DNA of 64,000 nt from an uncultured Nitrospinota bacterium (GTDB lineage Bacteria; Tectomicrobia; Entotheonellia; J063; CAVPRW01): assembly GCA_963707985.1 (NCBI GenBank), contig CAVPRW010000041.1, forward strand, positions 1-64,000, given 5' to 3'. A program made the position numbers and the translations under genes. Below, in pieces: positions 21,830 to 33,440 of the stretch (position 1 is its first letter; each line of letters begins with the position of its first letter). Under the pieces are notes generated by a model. It saw only the letters and a list, made by a program, of their open reading frames with translations, was not told the DNA's origin and ran no database searches.

Positions 21830-21897
21830 CGCAGCGATCTCAGGCGTTCCAGTCCCTGCCACATCTCGGCATCAGAATAGTTGCTTGGGAGAAATCC

Positions 21898-22848
21898 CTA
21901 GGTTGGGAGAAACCGATGTTCGGTTTGGATGAAGCGGATGGTGCCGCTCTGACAGCGGATGGCAAGGGAGTGTGTGGTAGCCCCTTTCCCCGATAGCCTT
22001 ACCCCTTTGAGCACATCGCCGTCGGTAATCCCTGTAGCCACGAACAGGGCGTCGCGGCCGGGTACTAAGTCATCGATGGAGAGGATCTGCTGCACATCTC
22101 TTTGCCCGAGCCGTTGGACTTTGGCGCGCTCGGCATCACTCCGCGTCAGGAAGCGGCCTTGCATATCGCCATTCATCCCTTTCAACGCGGCCGCGGCCAG
22201 CAACCCCTGGGGTGCGCCGCCGACGCCCATCAACACATCAATGCCGGAATCTCGTACCGCTGTCGCGATGGCTGCCGACAGGTCACCATCGCCGATCAAG
22301 CGTAGCTTTGCCCCAGCCTCCCGAATTTCTTTGATCAGGCGCTCGTGCCGGGGTCGATCCAACACCACCACCGTCAGGTCCTCCACGTAGCATTGGCGGG
22401 CCTCAGCGATGCGCTGCAGGTTTTCGGTCGGAGGCAGACTGAGGTCGATGGTCCCTCTGGCTCTCGGTCCAACGACGATTTTTTCCATGTAGACATCGGG
22501 AATGGCAAGAAAACCTCCAGGCTCGGTCACCGCCATCACCGAGATCGAGTTTGGCCGGCCGGAGGCGCAGATGTTCGTGCCTTCAAGCGCATCAAGGGCC
22601 ACATCCGCAACCACCTCCTCGCCATCGCCAAGGATTTCCCCATTCGTCAGACGCGACACCTGTCCCGGCTCCCCCTCTCCTACCACCACGCGGCACCGCA
22701 GCGGGCCGCGACTGAGCAGATCATGCATCGTCGTCACTGCGGCTTTCTGTGCCGCCGCCTCATCCCCTCGGCCCATGAGCCGGGCCGACGCCAGGGCCGT
22801 CGCTTCGGTGACTCGAACGAATTCGAGGTCCAAGTTATGTGCCCACAT
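21898..22848 (-). CDS. glpX: Fructose-1,6-bisphosphatase class II
   Basis: VRVTEA, VGEGE, DALEGT, LDRPRH, GDGD, ATGITDG. Confidence 0.92.
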   Translation of the reverse strand: MWAHNLDLEFVRVTEATALASARLMGRGDEAAAQKAAVTTMHDLLSRGPLRCRVVVGEGEPGQVSRLTNGEILGDGEEVVADVALDALEGTNICASGRPNSISVMAVTEPGGFLAIPDVYMEKIVVGPRARGTIDLSLPPTENLQRIAEARQCYVEDLTVVVLDRPRHERLIKEIREAGAKLRLIGDGDLSAAIATAVRDSGIDVLMGVGGAPQGLLAAAALKGMNGDMQGRFLTRSDAERAKVQRLGQRDVQQILSIDDLVPGRDALFVATGITDGDVLKGVRLSGKGATTHSLAIRCQSGTIRFIQTEHRFLPT

Positions 22849-23059
22849 CGCACGACTCCTTCATGAGGGGTTGATCGCTAACTATTGAGGCATCGAAGAG
22901 CGCACATCGTGCGCGCTGTTGTCAGGGCTCAGGCCAACCAGAACCTATCTTAGTCCAAGCCTCACGGAGTTTCAAGGAGTGCATCCCAGAAATGGCGGCA
23001 CTCTCGGTGGTCGTGAGAGTGGTGGAACAACCAATTGTCTGGCGGATGAAATGGCGCGA

Positions 23060-26000
23060 TCAGTCGGTGCCGACCTTTACAATGCTGCGGCCGCCCCCTA
23101 CTGGGATAACCTCGACCTTCACGGCGATACGTTCCTTCAGCTCATCGACATGGCTGATGACTCCTACCCGTCGCCCGGTGGCTTGTAGCTGCTCCAGGAC
23201 CGAGACAGCCATAGCCAAGCTCGTGCTATCGAGGGCCCCGAAGCCCTCATCGATGAACAAACTTTCGACCTTAACGCCACGACTTGATGCCATGCTGGCG
23301 AGACCAAGCGCCAGCGCCAGGCTCACCAGAAATCTCTCACCGCCCGAGAGGTTGTGAACACCGCGGACCTCGTCGGCCATGTGATGATCGACGACCTGCA
23401 GCACCAAGTCACCGCCTGGGGCGCGCTGAAGCTCGTAGCGTGGGTGTAGGTCGGCGAGGTGCCGGTTGGCCAATTGGACCAGATGATTGAGGGTCAACGA
23501 CTGCGCAAAGCGTCGAAACTTGGCGCCATCGGCTGAACCGATCAGCTCATCCAATTGACCCCAGACTCGCGCCTTCTCGCGTCGAGCGTCAAGCGTGGTC
23601 TTAATCTCAGCAAGCCGAGAACGGGATTGATCGTCATGAATCAGGACCGCCCGCGATGCGATGAACTCTTCTGCGGCTTTGGTGTGCCGACCCTCGATGT
23701 CCGAGCGGGCCGCGGCGATGTCTTCGGGAGAGAGTGCTGGTCGCCCATTTGCTTCGTGCTCTCCGGCGGACTCCCTGATTGCAGCCAGCGTTGCGGTGGC
23801 TTTCGTGACCTCTTCCCGAAGCCCATCGAGACGGGACTGCTCGGAGGCAATCCACGCTTCACCCTTGGCGATCGAGGCATCTGCTTGCGCTTTGGTGATC
23901 CCACAGGCCATGAGCTTGCCTTCCAGCAGACGTTCGGCAGCTGCGTGCTCACTTCGTGCCGCATCGCAGGCATGGCGGGTCCCGATGACGTTGGAGGCCA
24001 TGGCCACAGCATGTTGCTCCGCAGTGGATCGCGCCATTTCGGCTGCATGCCACGCCTTCTCGGCGGTTTCCGAGCGCTCTTGGTATTCAGTCCGAACGGC
24101 TCCGACCGGTCGCCCACCGATGACGGTGAGCCGCTCCGCCACCAGATGATCGAGGTCGCGTTGCTTGGCGCTCAGTTGCTGAGCGGCTTCCAGGCTGGCT
24201 GCCTCGGCGGCCCTGAATGTGGCTCGTTTCCCTTCCAGGTCGACCTCCAGGCGAGAGCTCTCAACACGCGCGGTCTCAGCTCTTTCTCGACAGGATCGCC
24301 ACTCTTCAACCAGGCCACGACAAACCTTGATGAATCCAACACCGAGGTTCGAGACTGCCTGGCGCCAATCTGGAAACACCGCAGCAACGGCTATGTCGAG
24401 TCGGCCGCACACGGCGGCAAGATTCTGGTCCATTCCCTGCAGCCTTCCCCTGAGCGTCGCAGCCTCGCCAGCCTTAGCGTGAGCTTCATCCTTCAGCGTC
24501 TGGATTTCATCGCGTGCGGTCAATATCCGGGTGCGAATGTCGTCGCGCTCCAAGGTGAGCTTTCTCGCTTCAGTCTCTGCGTCTGAGGCGCGTGCTATGG
24601 ATCCTCTGGTTTCGTGGAGCATCGTTTCCACCCGCTCTCGAAACTGACGAATGGTTTCCATAAGTTCGATCGCGGTAGCATCCTCACCGAAGGAAGGAGC
24701 GACCATGCTAAGGGTGCCACAGGTCTGCAGCACTGTAGCAATGGATGCTCGCCAGGTATCTTGCGCCGTTCGCAACTCCTGCTCGTAACCAGACTGACGC
24801 CTAATAATCCCCTCAAGCGCATCTTTGGCCGCGGCGATCTGCGTGTCCGCCCGAGTGCGGTCTGTCCGAGCAGCGGACACCTCCTCCTCCAACTCTGCCA
24901 CGCGCTGTCGATCGACAGCTACGCGATTCCTCAGCAGGAGAGTCACCTCGGTGACAGGATGTTCCGCGGCGCCGCAGACCGGACAGGGCTGTCCATCTAT
25001 CAACTTGAGTCGCAAGTACTCGGCATGTTCGCTCCCAGCCGCCTCCGAAAGCTCTAGACCGCGCCTGGCCTCCTCCAGGTGGGCCATGGCCAAGGGCAAG
25101 GCAACATCCACTTCACTGATCACGGCGCTGGCCTGGCGGATGATCAGCTCCTGTCTTGTCGCTTCTTCAACTGCTGTGCGGAGATCCGAATGTGCTCTTC
25201 CGGTGTCCTCTGCGGCATTCCGGACGTCGTCCAGTGCGGCTTGGACAGTCATAAGCGCGTCACGCTTGCTCTCAAACGCTGGGACGTCGATGGCCTCAGA
25301 GATCAGCTTGAACGCAGTGATTCTACCATCGAGCTCACGCTCCTGCGACTGGAGAGTCGCGTGTGCTATTTCTTGGTCTAGCAATGACATCTGGGCAGCA
25401 TTCACTGCACGGTCGAAGTGCTCAACCTGCTGATGCGTCGAGGCCATTTCATGTTCGAGCCTAAGACGCTCTGACAAGTCCTTCGCAACATCTTCGATCC
25501 GCACCGATAGCGCTTCAACGGCTTGGTGCGCTGCAAGCCAACGACGATCGTTCTCATGCTGTACCCGTGCCGATACCAGGGCAGCCTCGACCTCGGCAAG
25601 AGCATGCACCGATACATCCTTTTCGGAGTTCTTTTTAGCCAAGTGACTCTTGTAGTCGGCGACATCGCTCGTAGCTGTGTCGATCTTGGCATCGAGCTCT
25701 TTTGCCTTGTCGAGCTCTGGCCCAATGGCATCGTAGGCTGCACGTGTTTCATCGCTTTCGACTTTGGCCCGGTTACTTGCTGTAATGGCCTGGTCACGCT
25801 CTTCGATGGCCTTGCGCTCTGCTGCCGCTGCGTCGACCAGCGTTTTCTCGGCATCAACGAGTTTTCTACCGGCTAGCACTGCTGATTCCAGCTCGGCCCG
25901 CAGCGAAAATGCCTTCAGCACCACGGTGAGGGCAGTACGATCCGCCTCGGCGGCCTGGTCAGCCGCCATGGCCTGCATCAGCGCGGCCTCACCTTCTGCG

Positions 26001-26833
26001 ATCCGCATGTCAAAGCGAGATTTTACCTCATACCAGGTTTGCGCTTTGTCGAGTGCTGCCATTTCAGCCTCGATGCGCTCGAGTTCGGCCCGGGTGTTGT
26101 GGACTCGCGCCTCGGCTGCAGCTCGCGCTTCATCGCTGAGCGTCTGATGCTCTCCGAGCTGGGTTTCCAGCGCACGCAGAGCCTCCCGTTCCTCTTTGGC
26201 ACGGGAGAAGACCGCCTGTGAAATCTGGGAGTAGATCTCTGTTCCGGTGATTCTTTCGAGGAGCTCGGCGCGGTCTTTGGAGCTAGCCTTGATGAAGGTA
26301 TCGAAATCGCCCTGTGCGAGCAGGACCGAGCGGCGGAATTGGTCGAAACTCAGGCCGATGCGCTTCTCGATCTGCTGTAGGGTGTCGGTCTTCTTGTCGC
26401 CGATGATGGCGCCGGACTGGAGGTCGGCAAGGGTGATCTTTTGATCTTGAAGCCTGCCGTTGACCCTGCGGCGGGCACGATTGACCTCCCAACGGGAGCG
26501 ATACCGCCGCCCGTCCTGCCCGATGAAGTCGATCTCAGCATAGCCGGCACCGGCGCCATGGCGCAAAATCCCGCGCACGTCGTCATATTTAGCCTGCTGA
26601 CTGCTGTCGGCCTCGACACGTCCAATTGACGCACCCCTTTCTGCGGTGTCCATGCGAGGCAGGCGATCGAACAGCGCCAGGCAAAGCGCATCGAGTAGCG
26701 TTGTCTTCCCCGCCCCGGTTGGTCCTGTAATGGCGAAGATACCAGAGCTGCGGATCGGCTCTGCGTCGAAGTCCACCTCGAACACCTCGGCCAAGCTGGC
26801 GAGATTCTCACCCCGGAGTGCGAGGATCCTCAT
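23060..26833 (-). CDS. sbcC: SbcC / Rad50-like SMC ATPase
   Basis: GPTGAGKTT, LAQGDF, long coiled coil with CPVC hook, LSGGE, FIDEGFG. Confidence 0.95.
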   Translation of the reverse strand: MRILALRGENLASLAEVFEVDFDAEPIRSSGIFAITGPTGAGKTTLLDALCLALFDRLPRMDTAERGASIGRVEADSSQQAKYDDVRGILRHGAGAGYAEIDFIGQDGRRYRSRWEVNRARRRVNGRLQDQKITLADLQSGAIIGDKKTDTLQQIEKRIGLSFDQFRRSVLLAQGDFDTFIKASSKDRAELLERITGTEIYSQISQAVFSRAKEEREALRALETQLGEHQTLSDEARAAAEARVHNTRAELERIEAEMAALDKAQTWYEVKSRFDMRIAEGEAALMQAMAADQAAEADRTALTVVLKAFSLRAELESAVLAGRKLVDAEKTLVDAAAAERKAIEERDQAITASNRAKVESDETRAAYDAIGPELDKAKELDAKIDTATSDVADYKSHLAKKNSEKDVSVHALAEVEAALVSARVQHENDRRWLAAHQAVEALSVRIEDVAKDLSERLRLEHEMASTHQQVEHFDRAVNAAQMSLLDQEIAHATLQSQERELDGRITAFKLISEAIDVPAFESKRDALMTVQAALDDVRNAAEDTGRAHSDLRTAVEEATRQELIIRQASAVISEVDVALPLAMAHLEEARRGLELSEAAGSEHAEYLRLKLIDGQPCPVCGAAEHPVTEVTLLLRNRVAVDRQRVAELEEEVSAARTDRTRADTQIAAAKDALEGIIRRQSGYEQELRTAQDTWRASIATVLQTCGTLSMVAPSFGEDATAIELMETIRQFRERVETMLHETRGSIARASDAETEARKLTLERDDIRTRILTARDEIQTLKDEAHAKAGEAATLRGRLQGMDQNLAAVCGRLDIAVAAVFPDWRQAVSNLGVGFIKVCRGLVEEWRSCRERAETARVESSRLEVDLEGKRATFRAAEAASLEAAQQLSAKQRDLDHLVAERLTVIGGRPVGAVRTEYQERSETAEKAWHAAEMARSTAEQHAVAMASNVIGTRHACDAARSEHAAAERLLEGKLMACGITKAQADASIAKGEAWIASEQSRLDGLREEVTKATATLAAIRESAGEHEANGRPALSPEDIAAARSDIEGRHTKAAEEFIASRAVLIHDDQSRSRLAEIKTTLDARREKARVWGQLDELIGSADGAKFRRFAQSLTLNHLVQLANRHLADLHPRYELQRAPGGDLVLQVVDHHMADEVRGVHNLSGGERFLVSLALALGLASMASSRGVKVESLFIDEGFGALDSTSLAMAVSVLEQLQATGRRVGVISHVDELKERIAVKVEVIPVGGGRSIVKVGTD

Positions 26834-28071
26834 GCCACACCTCCCCGATCGGTGCCCGGCGATACGATGCTGTTAAAGACATCGATGAAGGCTCGCTGTA
26901 AGTCGTCTGGTGGTTCGACGCCATATTCTTCGGTATGCCGACGCGCAAACACATGGGCTGGATCCAGCGTGTCCAGCGTTGTCGACCCTTCCACGGTGTC
27001 GGCCAATGTGCCACCCTGCCCCGCCGTCTGCCGTACAATGCGTGTCAGGCGGAGTGGTTTCCCCTCCAGGGCCACATCAATCCGTCGCCTAAGGTCCGGC
27101 TCGGCTCCATCGAGCTGCACCACGACCTCCAGAAATGGTCTGCTGTGCTCACCGGGATCATCGAGTACCATGCCACGTAAGGCGTCCTCGACCATATCCA
27201 ACGGGGCGGCGCCGACGGTTGGCACACGATAGAACGCGACGGGCCTCGGCGTCCTTAGCAAGGCCGTTTTCACGGCATGGGTGCCGTCGAGGTCGAGCAC
27301 GACGATGCTGTGGTGGTAGTCGGTCTCGGCGACCGACATGGGGAAGGGCGATCCGGCATAGCGGATGATCGTTTGGCCCGAGATCAACTGTGGCTTATGG
27401 AGGTGGCCCAAGGCCACATACGCAACACTGGCTGGGAAGATATCCGTGGAGACCGCCTCCTCGCCGCCGATGACAATCCGGCGCTCACTCAGCGCCGATA
27501 CGGCTCCCCCACTCATATGTAAATGGCCAGTCACAATCAATGGCAAATCCCCGCGGATGCCATGCGCGGTGTCGATTACCTGGCGATAGAGGGATTTGAT
27601 AGGGCTCTCAGAGTCGCCCGGTAGCGGCAGATCACCAGGGCGCAAATAGGGGACTGCAGCACAAACCGCAGCTGGAGTGCCAGTTTTGTCACGCATGGTA
27701 ATGAAGAGGCGCGACGCGCTCAGCTGACTGGTCGCTCGCGGCAAACCGCCGATGAGATGGACTCGATCAGCCTCGAGGAGATGTTTTGGAAGCTCCAAGC
27801 GGGCCGCCGAGTCGTGATTGCCACCGATGAGCACGATCTGGAGATGGGGACAGATCGTCAGCGCTCTCTTGACAAATTGATAGAGCCGCTGTTGTGCGAG
27901 AATGGGCGGGTTGACGGTGTCGTACACATCACCCGTGACGATGAGCGCGTCGGCGTCTAATTCGATTAGCTGACCGGACAGCCAGTCGAGGAATGCGTCA
28001 TGCTCGACGCCGCGATCGAATCCATGCAGCTCCTGGCCGAGATGCCAGTCCGAGGTATGGATGACGCGCAT
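26830..28071 (-). CDS. sbcD: SbcD / Mre11-like nuclease
   Basis: HTSDWHLG, GDVYD, GNHDS, ALGHLH; 4-bp overlap with sbcC. Confidence 0.95.
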   Translation of the reverse strand: MRVIHTSDWHLGQELHGFDRGVEHDAFLDWLSGQLIELDADALIVTGDVYDTVNPPILAQQRLYQFVKRALTICPHLQIVLIGGNHDSAARLELPKHLLEADRVHLIGGLPRATSQLSASRLFITMRDKTGTPAAVCAAVPYLRPGDLPLPGDSESPIKSLYRQVIDTAHGIRGDLPLIVTGHLHMSGGAVSALSERRIVIGGEEAVSTDIFPASVAYVALGHLHKPQLISGQTIIRYAGSPFPMSVAETDYHHSIVVLDLDGTHAVKTALLRTPRPVAFYRVPTVGAAPLDMVEDALRGMVLDDPGEHSRPFLEVVVQLDGAEPDLRRRIDVALEGKPLRLTRIVRQTAGQGGTLADTVEGSTTLDTLDPAHVFARRHTEEYGVEPPDDLQRAFIDVFNSIVSPGTDRGGVA

Positions 28072-28350
28072 GGGCCGCACCTTCTTTCTGACCGTACTGA
28101 CCACTGCCGGGACCACCGTATGGCTCCGGTATGTGGCAGCTAAGATGCGCCAGTTTGCAACGCGACGCTACTCACCCAGTGTAGAATTTTATCGTGCAGA
28201 CGTCCAGTGAAAAGCCTTTCAGGCGCCCACAACCGCCATCCACCAGCGCTGTGTGCTCGATGTAATCAAAGATGTCTGTGAATCGGATCCCCTGGCCTCG
28301 CTGGCCTTAAGGCACGGGGATCAGGAGCAGTGGAACTGGTGTGGCGTGCT

Positions 28351-28974
28351 TCAATTGCCACTCACGGCCTTGATCCAGTCAATTGCCTGCACGCGGGCAA
28401 TCAGTGCCGCCTTGCCCGAACCGTCTGGCTTGAACACCGATGCCTCTCCCTCTTTCACCTCGAACCAGTCCTTGCCGAAGGCATCGAGGATATTCGGCTT
28501 GTGAGTCACGATAAGAACATTTTTCCCGGCCTCCGGCATCGTGCCCACCATCATTTTTAGCGCCGCGGCGCGCCGGTCGTTTTCAATGGGTGTCACGACC
28601 AAGCCGCCTTCGGTGATGTCGAGGCTGGGTGTCACATCGCCGCGACTCAGCAGCTTCCCCGTTTCTACGGCGCGATTGAACTGGCTGACATACACCTGAC
28701 TCAGCGGAATGCCGAGCGTTTTGAAGGCCTCCCCAACCTGCTTTGCCACTTCTCTGCCCTGTTCACTTAGGAGACGCTGCTTCGCGATGTTGTCATGATT
28801 CAGCGGATCAGTGTCCGCCTGATCGCGATTGGTCGCGCCGTGGCGGAAGACGATGACGTAGCCTCCCTGTTGCAATTCCGCGACCAGCGCCTTCATGTCA
28901 ATGGTCTGGGCGTAGGCGCAGACAGTGAAGCATGACAGAAAAACTACGGCGAACCATGGCAAGACTCTTTTCAT
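28351..28974 (-). CDS. Exported histidine phosphatase family protein
   Basis: Signal peptide; FRHG motif; SQFNRAVET; IVTH. Confidence 0.85.
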   Translation of the reverse strand: MKRVLPWFAVVFLSCFTVCAYAQTIDMKALVAELQQGGYVIVFRHGATNRDQADTDPLNHDNIAKQRLLSEQGREVAKQVGEAFKTLGIPLSQVYVSQFNRAVETGKLLSRGDVTPSLDITEGGLVVTPIENDRRAAALKMMVGTMPEAGKNVLIVTHKPNILDAFGKDWFEVKEGEASVFKPDGSGKAALIARVQAIDWIKAVSGN

Positions 28975-29306
28975 GGAACATCCCCTCATCGGGTGTCGGC
29001 TGTTGGGAGAAAACCTACGGATCGAGGCTGCTAGGAACGAGACACACTTGGCATGAGCCTGTTCCCTCCCACGCGAGATTCGCTGGGTGGTGGAGACATC
29101 ACGTATCGGCGTGATGGCAAACGAATGGTACGTCCTATCTCAACATGGTCGTCATCATTCATAAAGTTCCCTGCGGTCCTGCATAGCTTTACAGGTTATC
29201 AGATGTATGTGCAACACACGACCGCGGCCAATTCGCCTTGGTCACATGCCCTGGGAACCACTCCTGATAGAGAGAAGCTTGCTTCGCATTGTGCTGGGCC
29301 GATCTG

Positions 29307-30533
29307 TTAGAGATGCGCAAGCGCCGCCCCACCCAACGCGGAGAACATCACGACGAGCCAGGGGGGCCACTTCCAAAACACGAGAAGTCCGAAGTCGACC
29401 AGACCAAGGGCCACGTCCGCTAGGGGCATGAATGGCGCTCGTCCACACCGGCTGATACAAGGCGGCCAAGAGCAATCCCACCACGGCTGCATTGATGCCT
29501 CGCAGCGCCGCCTGAAAGCTCGGCCTGCGGGCGCAGCGAGTCCCACAGCGGCAGCGCGCCGATCAGGAGCAGAAATGAGGGTGCGAACACGGCGACAAGT
29601 GCCAGTGCCGCACCGGCTAGCCCACCACCGAGCGGCCGCATCACCGCTCCCAGATAGGCGGCAAAGGTGAAGAGCGGGCCAGGGACCGCCTGCGCTGCCC
29701 CATAGCCAGCGACGAACTGCTCATTGGTGACCCACCCTGGTGGCACCACTTCCGCTTGCAGCAGCGGCAGGACGACATGGCCCCCGCCGAACACCAGCGA
29801 GCCCACGCGGAAGAAACTATCGAACACCGCCAGAGCTTCGCTGTGCACCCACGGCTGGACGATCGGCAGCCCGATCAGCAACCCGAAGAAGAGCACCCAG
29901 GCCACTGCCGCACCACGATGGCCGATGGAGAGGCGTATTCCCGGGTCGCGAGGCGCACTGGTCTCCGGCAGCCACCACCAGCCGATGAGGCCCGCCAGTC
30001 ACAATGATCAGGACTTGGCCAACGGCGGTCGGATAGGCCAACATCGCAATCGCCGCCAGGAAGGCCAGGCTGGCCCGTTCGCGATCTGGTGCCAGCGTCC
30101 GCGCCATGCCCCATACGGCCTGTGCTACCACGGCCACTGCCACGACCTTGAGCCCATGGAGCCATCCCGCTTCAGTGATGCCCAGCGCTTGCAGCCCGTA
30201 GGCAAAGGCCACCAGTGCCAGGGCCGACGGCAAAGTGAACCCCAGCCAGGCGGCGACGCCCCCCAGCAAGCCAGCGCGCATCATGCCGATGGCGATGCTC
30301 ACCTGGCTGCTGGCAGGGCCGGGGAGAAACTGGCATAATGCGACCAAATCGGCATAGGTCTGCTCCGTCAACCATCGGCGGCGGGCCACATACTCGGCAT
30401 GGAAGTACCCCAGGTGGGCGATCGGTCCGCCGAAGGAGGTGAGCCCCAGCCGTGTGGCCACCCCGAGCACTTCCAGTGCCCTTCCCTTCTCGGACATCGG
30501 CACTGCGTGAGCCTGATCAGCCGTCGCATCCAT
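29307..30533 (-). CDS. chrA: Chromate efflux transporter, split by about three frameshifts
   Basis: SFGGPIAH, CQFLPGPASSQ, VFGGGHVVLP, AQAVPGP, VVGLLLAALY distributed over four reading-frame segments. Confidence 0.85.
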
Positions 30534-30914
30534 GCGCCTCTCCTCTATGGGCACTGCCGGGTGCTGTTGCCGGTGGTATGACCCCGAGCTCTAAGATCGA
30601 GACATCATAACAGAAAGATTCCTCCACGGACACCGGTGCCGGCACAGGTCCACATGGGCCAACGCCAATCAGCCTGACCTTCCCTTGCAGCTATTGCTAT
30701 GAGGCGTGTCCCGGCGTGAGGTTACCATTGGAAAGAGCCAGTTGACACGCTCTGTAATCCTTTTTACACTCAAGTGAAGCTGACACTCCTGTACTCTGTG
30801 TCGAATCAACATCAGGAAGTGACGAACGCGCGGCGCCGCAGCGCCTGGGAGTGAGAGGGGCAGGGCGCGGTGACGAGCCCCGAGTCTGAAGTTGCACACC
30901 AAGGGAAAATCGCC

Positions 30915-32027
30915 ATGTCGACCTACACATTGATCTCATCGGATTCACACATCATCGAACCCGAAGACCTCTGGGAGACGCGTATCGACCGCACATTTCG
31001 CGATCGGGCACCACACCTGGTGCAGGAAGGAGAATTTGACCAGTGGTATGCCGATGGCGTGAAGTTTGGGAATATCGGCACTAATCAGCAGGCAGGATTG
31101 CGCTTCGAGGCGCCAGACAAGCTCACCGCCGGCGGCACCATGAGCACGATTCCGTTGGGAGGTGTCGATCCGCACGCCCACGTCAAGGATATGGACGTTG
31201 ACGGCGTGGCCGGCGGAGTGCTCTATCCTTCGCAGGGACTGACGGTGTACCGGGTGCCCGATAGTGCGCTGCTATCGGCTATCTTCCGGGCCTACAACGA
31301 CTGGTTAGCCGACTTCTGCAAGCCCTACCCGAACCGCCTTAAAGGCATCGCCATGCTCAATGTGGACGAGCCCTCAGTCGCCGCCAGCGAGCTGCGTCGC
31401 GCCGCCAATATCGGGCTGGCCGGAGCCATGATACCGCTACGACCCATGCAACATCGCTACGATCATCCCATGTACGAGCCGCTCTGGTCCGCGGCCCAGG
31501 ACCTGGATATGCCTCTCAGCCTGCATGTGGGCACTTATCGCTGGAGACCGGGTACAAACCCCAACGACCCTGTGCAGGATATTGTGGACTTTACCAACCG
31601 GGAATGCGACGCCCGCAATGCCGTCGCCGCCATGATTTATGCCGGGGTATTCGAGCGCTACCCCACGCTGCGGGTGGGAGTGGTCGAATTCGAGGTGGCT
31701 TGGGCCCCCTACTTCCTGGCACGTCTGGACAATGTCTACACCGAGCGCGCCGTGGGGCGGAAACTGCAACGCTTCAAAGGTGGCCTCGTCCCTAGCGATT
31801 TCTTCCGCCGGAATGTCTTCATTAGCTTTCAGGAGGACGACCTTGGCATCCAGCTCCGCTCCCTCATCGGTGTGCAGAACCTGATGTGGGGGTCGGATTA
31901 CCCCCATGCCGAATCGACATTTCCTAAGTCACGTCAGATTGTCGAGCGCATTCTGAAGGATGTCCCGGATGAGGAAAAGGTCATGATCGCCGGGGCAAAT
32001 GCGGCCCGCCTGTATCACTTTAACTAG
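30915..32027 (+). CDS. Amidohydrolase_2 family protein
   Basis: ISSDSHIIEP, RAYNDW, SLHVG, WGSDYPH. Confidence 0.9.
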   Translation: MSTYTLISSDSHIIEPEDLWETRIDRTFRDRAPHLVQEGEFDQWYADGVKFGNIGTNQQAGLRFEAPDKLTAGGTMSTIPLGGVDPHAHVKDMDVDGVAGGVLYPSQGLTVYRVPDSALLSAIFRAYNDWLADFCKPYPNRLKGIAMLNVDEPSVAASELRRAANIGLAGAMIPLRPMQHRYDHPMYEPLWSAAQDLDMPLSLHVGTYRWRPGTNPNDPVQDIVDFTNRECDARNAVAAMIYAGVFERYPTLRVGVVEFEVAWAPYFLARLDNVYTERAVGRKLQRFKGGLVPSDFFRRNVFISFQEDDLGIQLRSLIGVQNLMWGSDYPHAESTFPKSRQIVERILKDVPDEEKVMIAGANAARLYHFN

Positions 32028-32130
32028 GGGAGCCAAGATCGACGCGCCCTACCAACACCCTCACTCGTTCGGGCGGCGTCCTCTCTGTGATTGCAAAGCT
32101 AAAGCTCATCGGCTTGGGGTAAATCGACAG

Positions 32131-32640
32131 ATGCTGTTCATCCGTGGGGAGCGCCCAGAGGATATCCCGGCGATACACGAGGTGCATGAGCTGGCGTTTG
32201 GTCGTCCTGCTGAGGCTGACCTCGTAGACGCCTTACGTGCCAGGAGGAAGGCAACGCTGTCGCTTGTCGCTGTTGAGGATGAGCGCATCGTTGGCCATAT
32301 TCTCTTCAGCCCTGTCACGATCGAATTCGCTGACCGAACATTCCCTGCGGTAGGATTGGCACCGATGGCTGTTCTCCCTGAGTGGCAGAGGCAAGGGATC
32401 GGCTCACAGTTAGTCAAGATTGGCCTGGTCGAGTGCCGAAACGCAGGGTATGACTGCGTGGTGGTCCTGGGGCACCCGACCTACTACCCACGCTTTGGAT
32501 TCGTCCCAGCAAGCCGGTATGGCCTCAAGAGCGAGTATGAGGTTCCAGATGAGGTATTTATGGTATTGGCATGGCATGAAGGGGTATTGAAGGATCGGGG
32601 CGGAGTCGTGAGGTATCAACCCGAGTTCGGCGGCGTATGA
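32131..32640 (+). CDS. GNAT N-acetyltransferase (YhbS-like)
   Basis: IVGHILFSP, LAPMAVLPEWQRQGIG, LGHPTYYPRFGF. Confidence 0.9.
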   Translation: MLFIRGERPEDIPAIHEVHELAFGRPAEADLVDALRARRKATLSLVAVEDERIVGHILFSPVTIEFADRTFPAVGLAPMAVLPEWQRQGIGSQLVKIGLVECRNAGYDCVVVLGHPTYYPRFGFVPASRYGLKSEYEVPDEVFMVLAWHEGVLKDRGGVVRYQPEFGGV

Positions 32641-32676
32641 ACGGGTGAGCTCCGTTCTTCATGGGACTACGATCTG

Positions 32677-32913
32677 ATGCCAACTGTGTTGCGAATCGGC
32701 CCCTACAGATTCTACTTCTATGCAGGTAATCGGCACAAGCCACCTCATATTCATGTCAAACGTGCGAATAATACAGCTAAATCCTGGCTCGATCCCGTCA
32801 GACTTTAGCATAGTCGGGGGTTCAGGAGAAATGATATCAACCGCATCCAAAGGCTCATCGTGGAACACAGAAACCATCTGGTGAGGATCTGGGATGAATG
32901 CTTCAACAACTGA
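32677..32913 (+). pseudogene. DUF4160 family gene with in-frame TAG
   Basis: Hand translation MPTVLRIGPYRFYFYAGNRHKPPHIHV..WLDPVRL*HSRGF..RIWDECFNN*; stop at 32806-32808; not in the ORF track. Confidence 0.8.
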
Positions 32914-33209
32914 CGTACCGTTTGCCAGGGCACAACAGGTGTCTGGGACCGAGGATACCTTCACCGTTGACCTAGTTGACGGGCGCACTATTTCCGTACC
33001 CTTTGGATGGTATCCACGGCTGTTACACGCCACGCTAGAGGAGCGCTGCCACTGGCGTTTGATTGGAGGGGGAAAGGGTATACATTGGCCCGACCTCGAT
33101 GAAGATATCAGTGTGGAGAATTTACGTCGCCGGTAACCCTTCCGGCGGGGGGCAGCGCTCGTTGCAGCGATGGTTAGAAGAACGTACATCGGGCCGCAAG
33201 CCATCGTAA
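32894..33209 (+). CDS. DUF2442 family protein, frameshift near 33125
   Basis: LVDGRTISVPFGWYPRL, GIHWPDLDEDISV; the typical tail AGNPSGGGQRSLQRWLEER continues in another frame to TAA 33209. Confidence 0.8.
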
Positions 33210-33440
33210 AGAGTTAACGGGAGCGGAGGGTGTGGCAACTCGGCGCTGAAACAGGTCAAATATTGCACTTAAGCCCTCGTGGCAGATGTCCACCGTGGGC
33301 GGGCTTTTATATGTCAGCTTTTCACCAGTCGTAGTTCGCCGGTGGGACGAGACAAACCGCATGATGATGCATAGCCAGTTATACGCAGCTCCACATCTGC
33401 AGGGGGTTAGATGTTGACACTCCCGGAGGACGGCTGCCAC

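Noticed and set aside
23123..23167. Fluoride riboswitch-like string GGCGAT..GCTGATGACTCCTAC
   Set aside because: It is antisense within sbcC and explained by the conserved VGVISH codons; the 5' GGAG pairing partner is absent.
23555..24586. Long alternative ORFs (e.g. 23555..24586, 16060..16866, 17807..18565)
   Set aside because: Antisense shadows of well-supported genes, expected in GC-rich DNA.
23060..28071. SMC ATPase + nuclease as a Wadjet/Lamassu-type defence system
   Set aside because: Canonical SbcC (CPVC hook) and SbcD motifs with no kleisin, KITE or effector genes; ordinary repair pair.
32806..32808. TAG readthrough (pyrrolysine or recoding) in DUF4160
   Set aside because: No pyl genes are seen and TAG is a normal stop elsewhere in the window (e.g. 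2165, 7560); a nonsense change is simpler.
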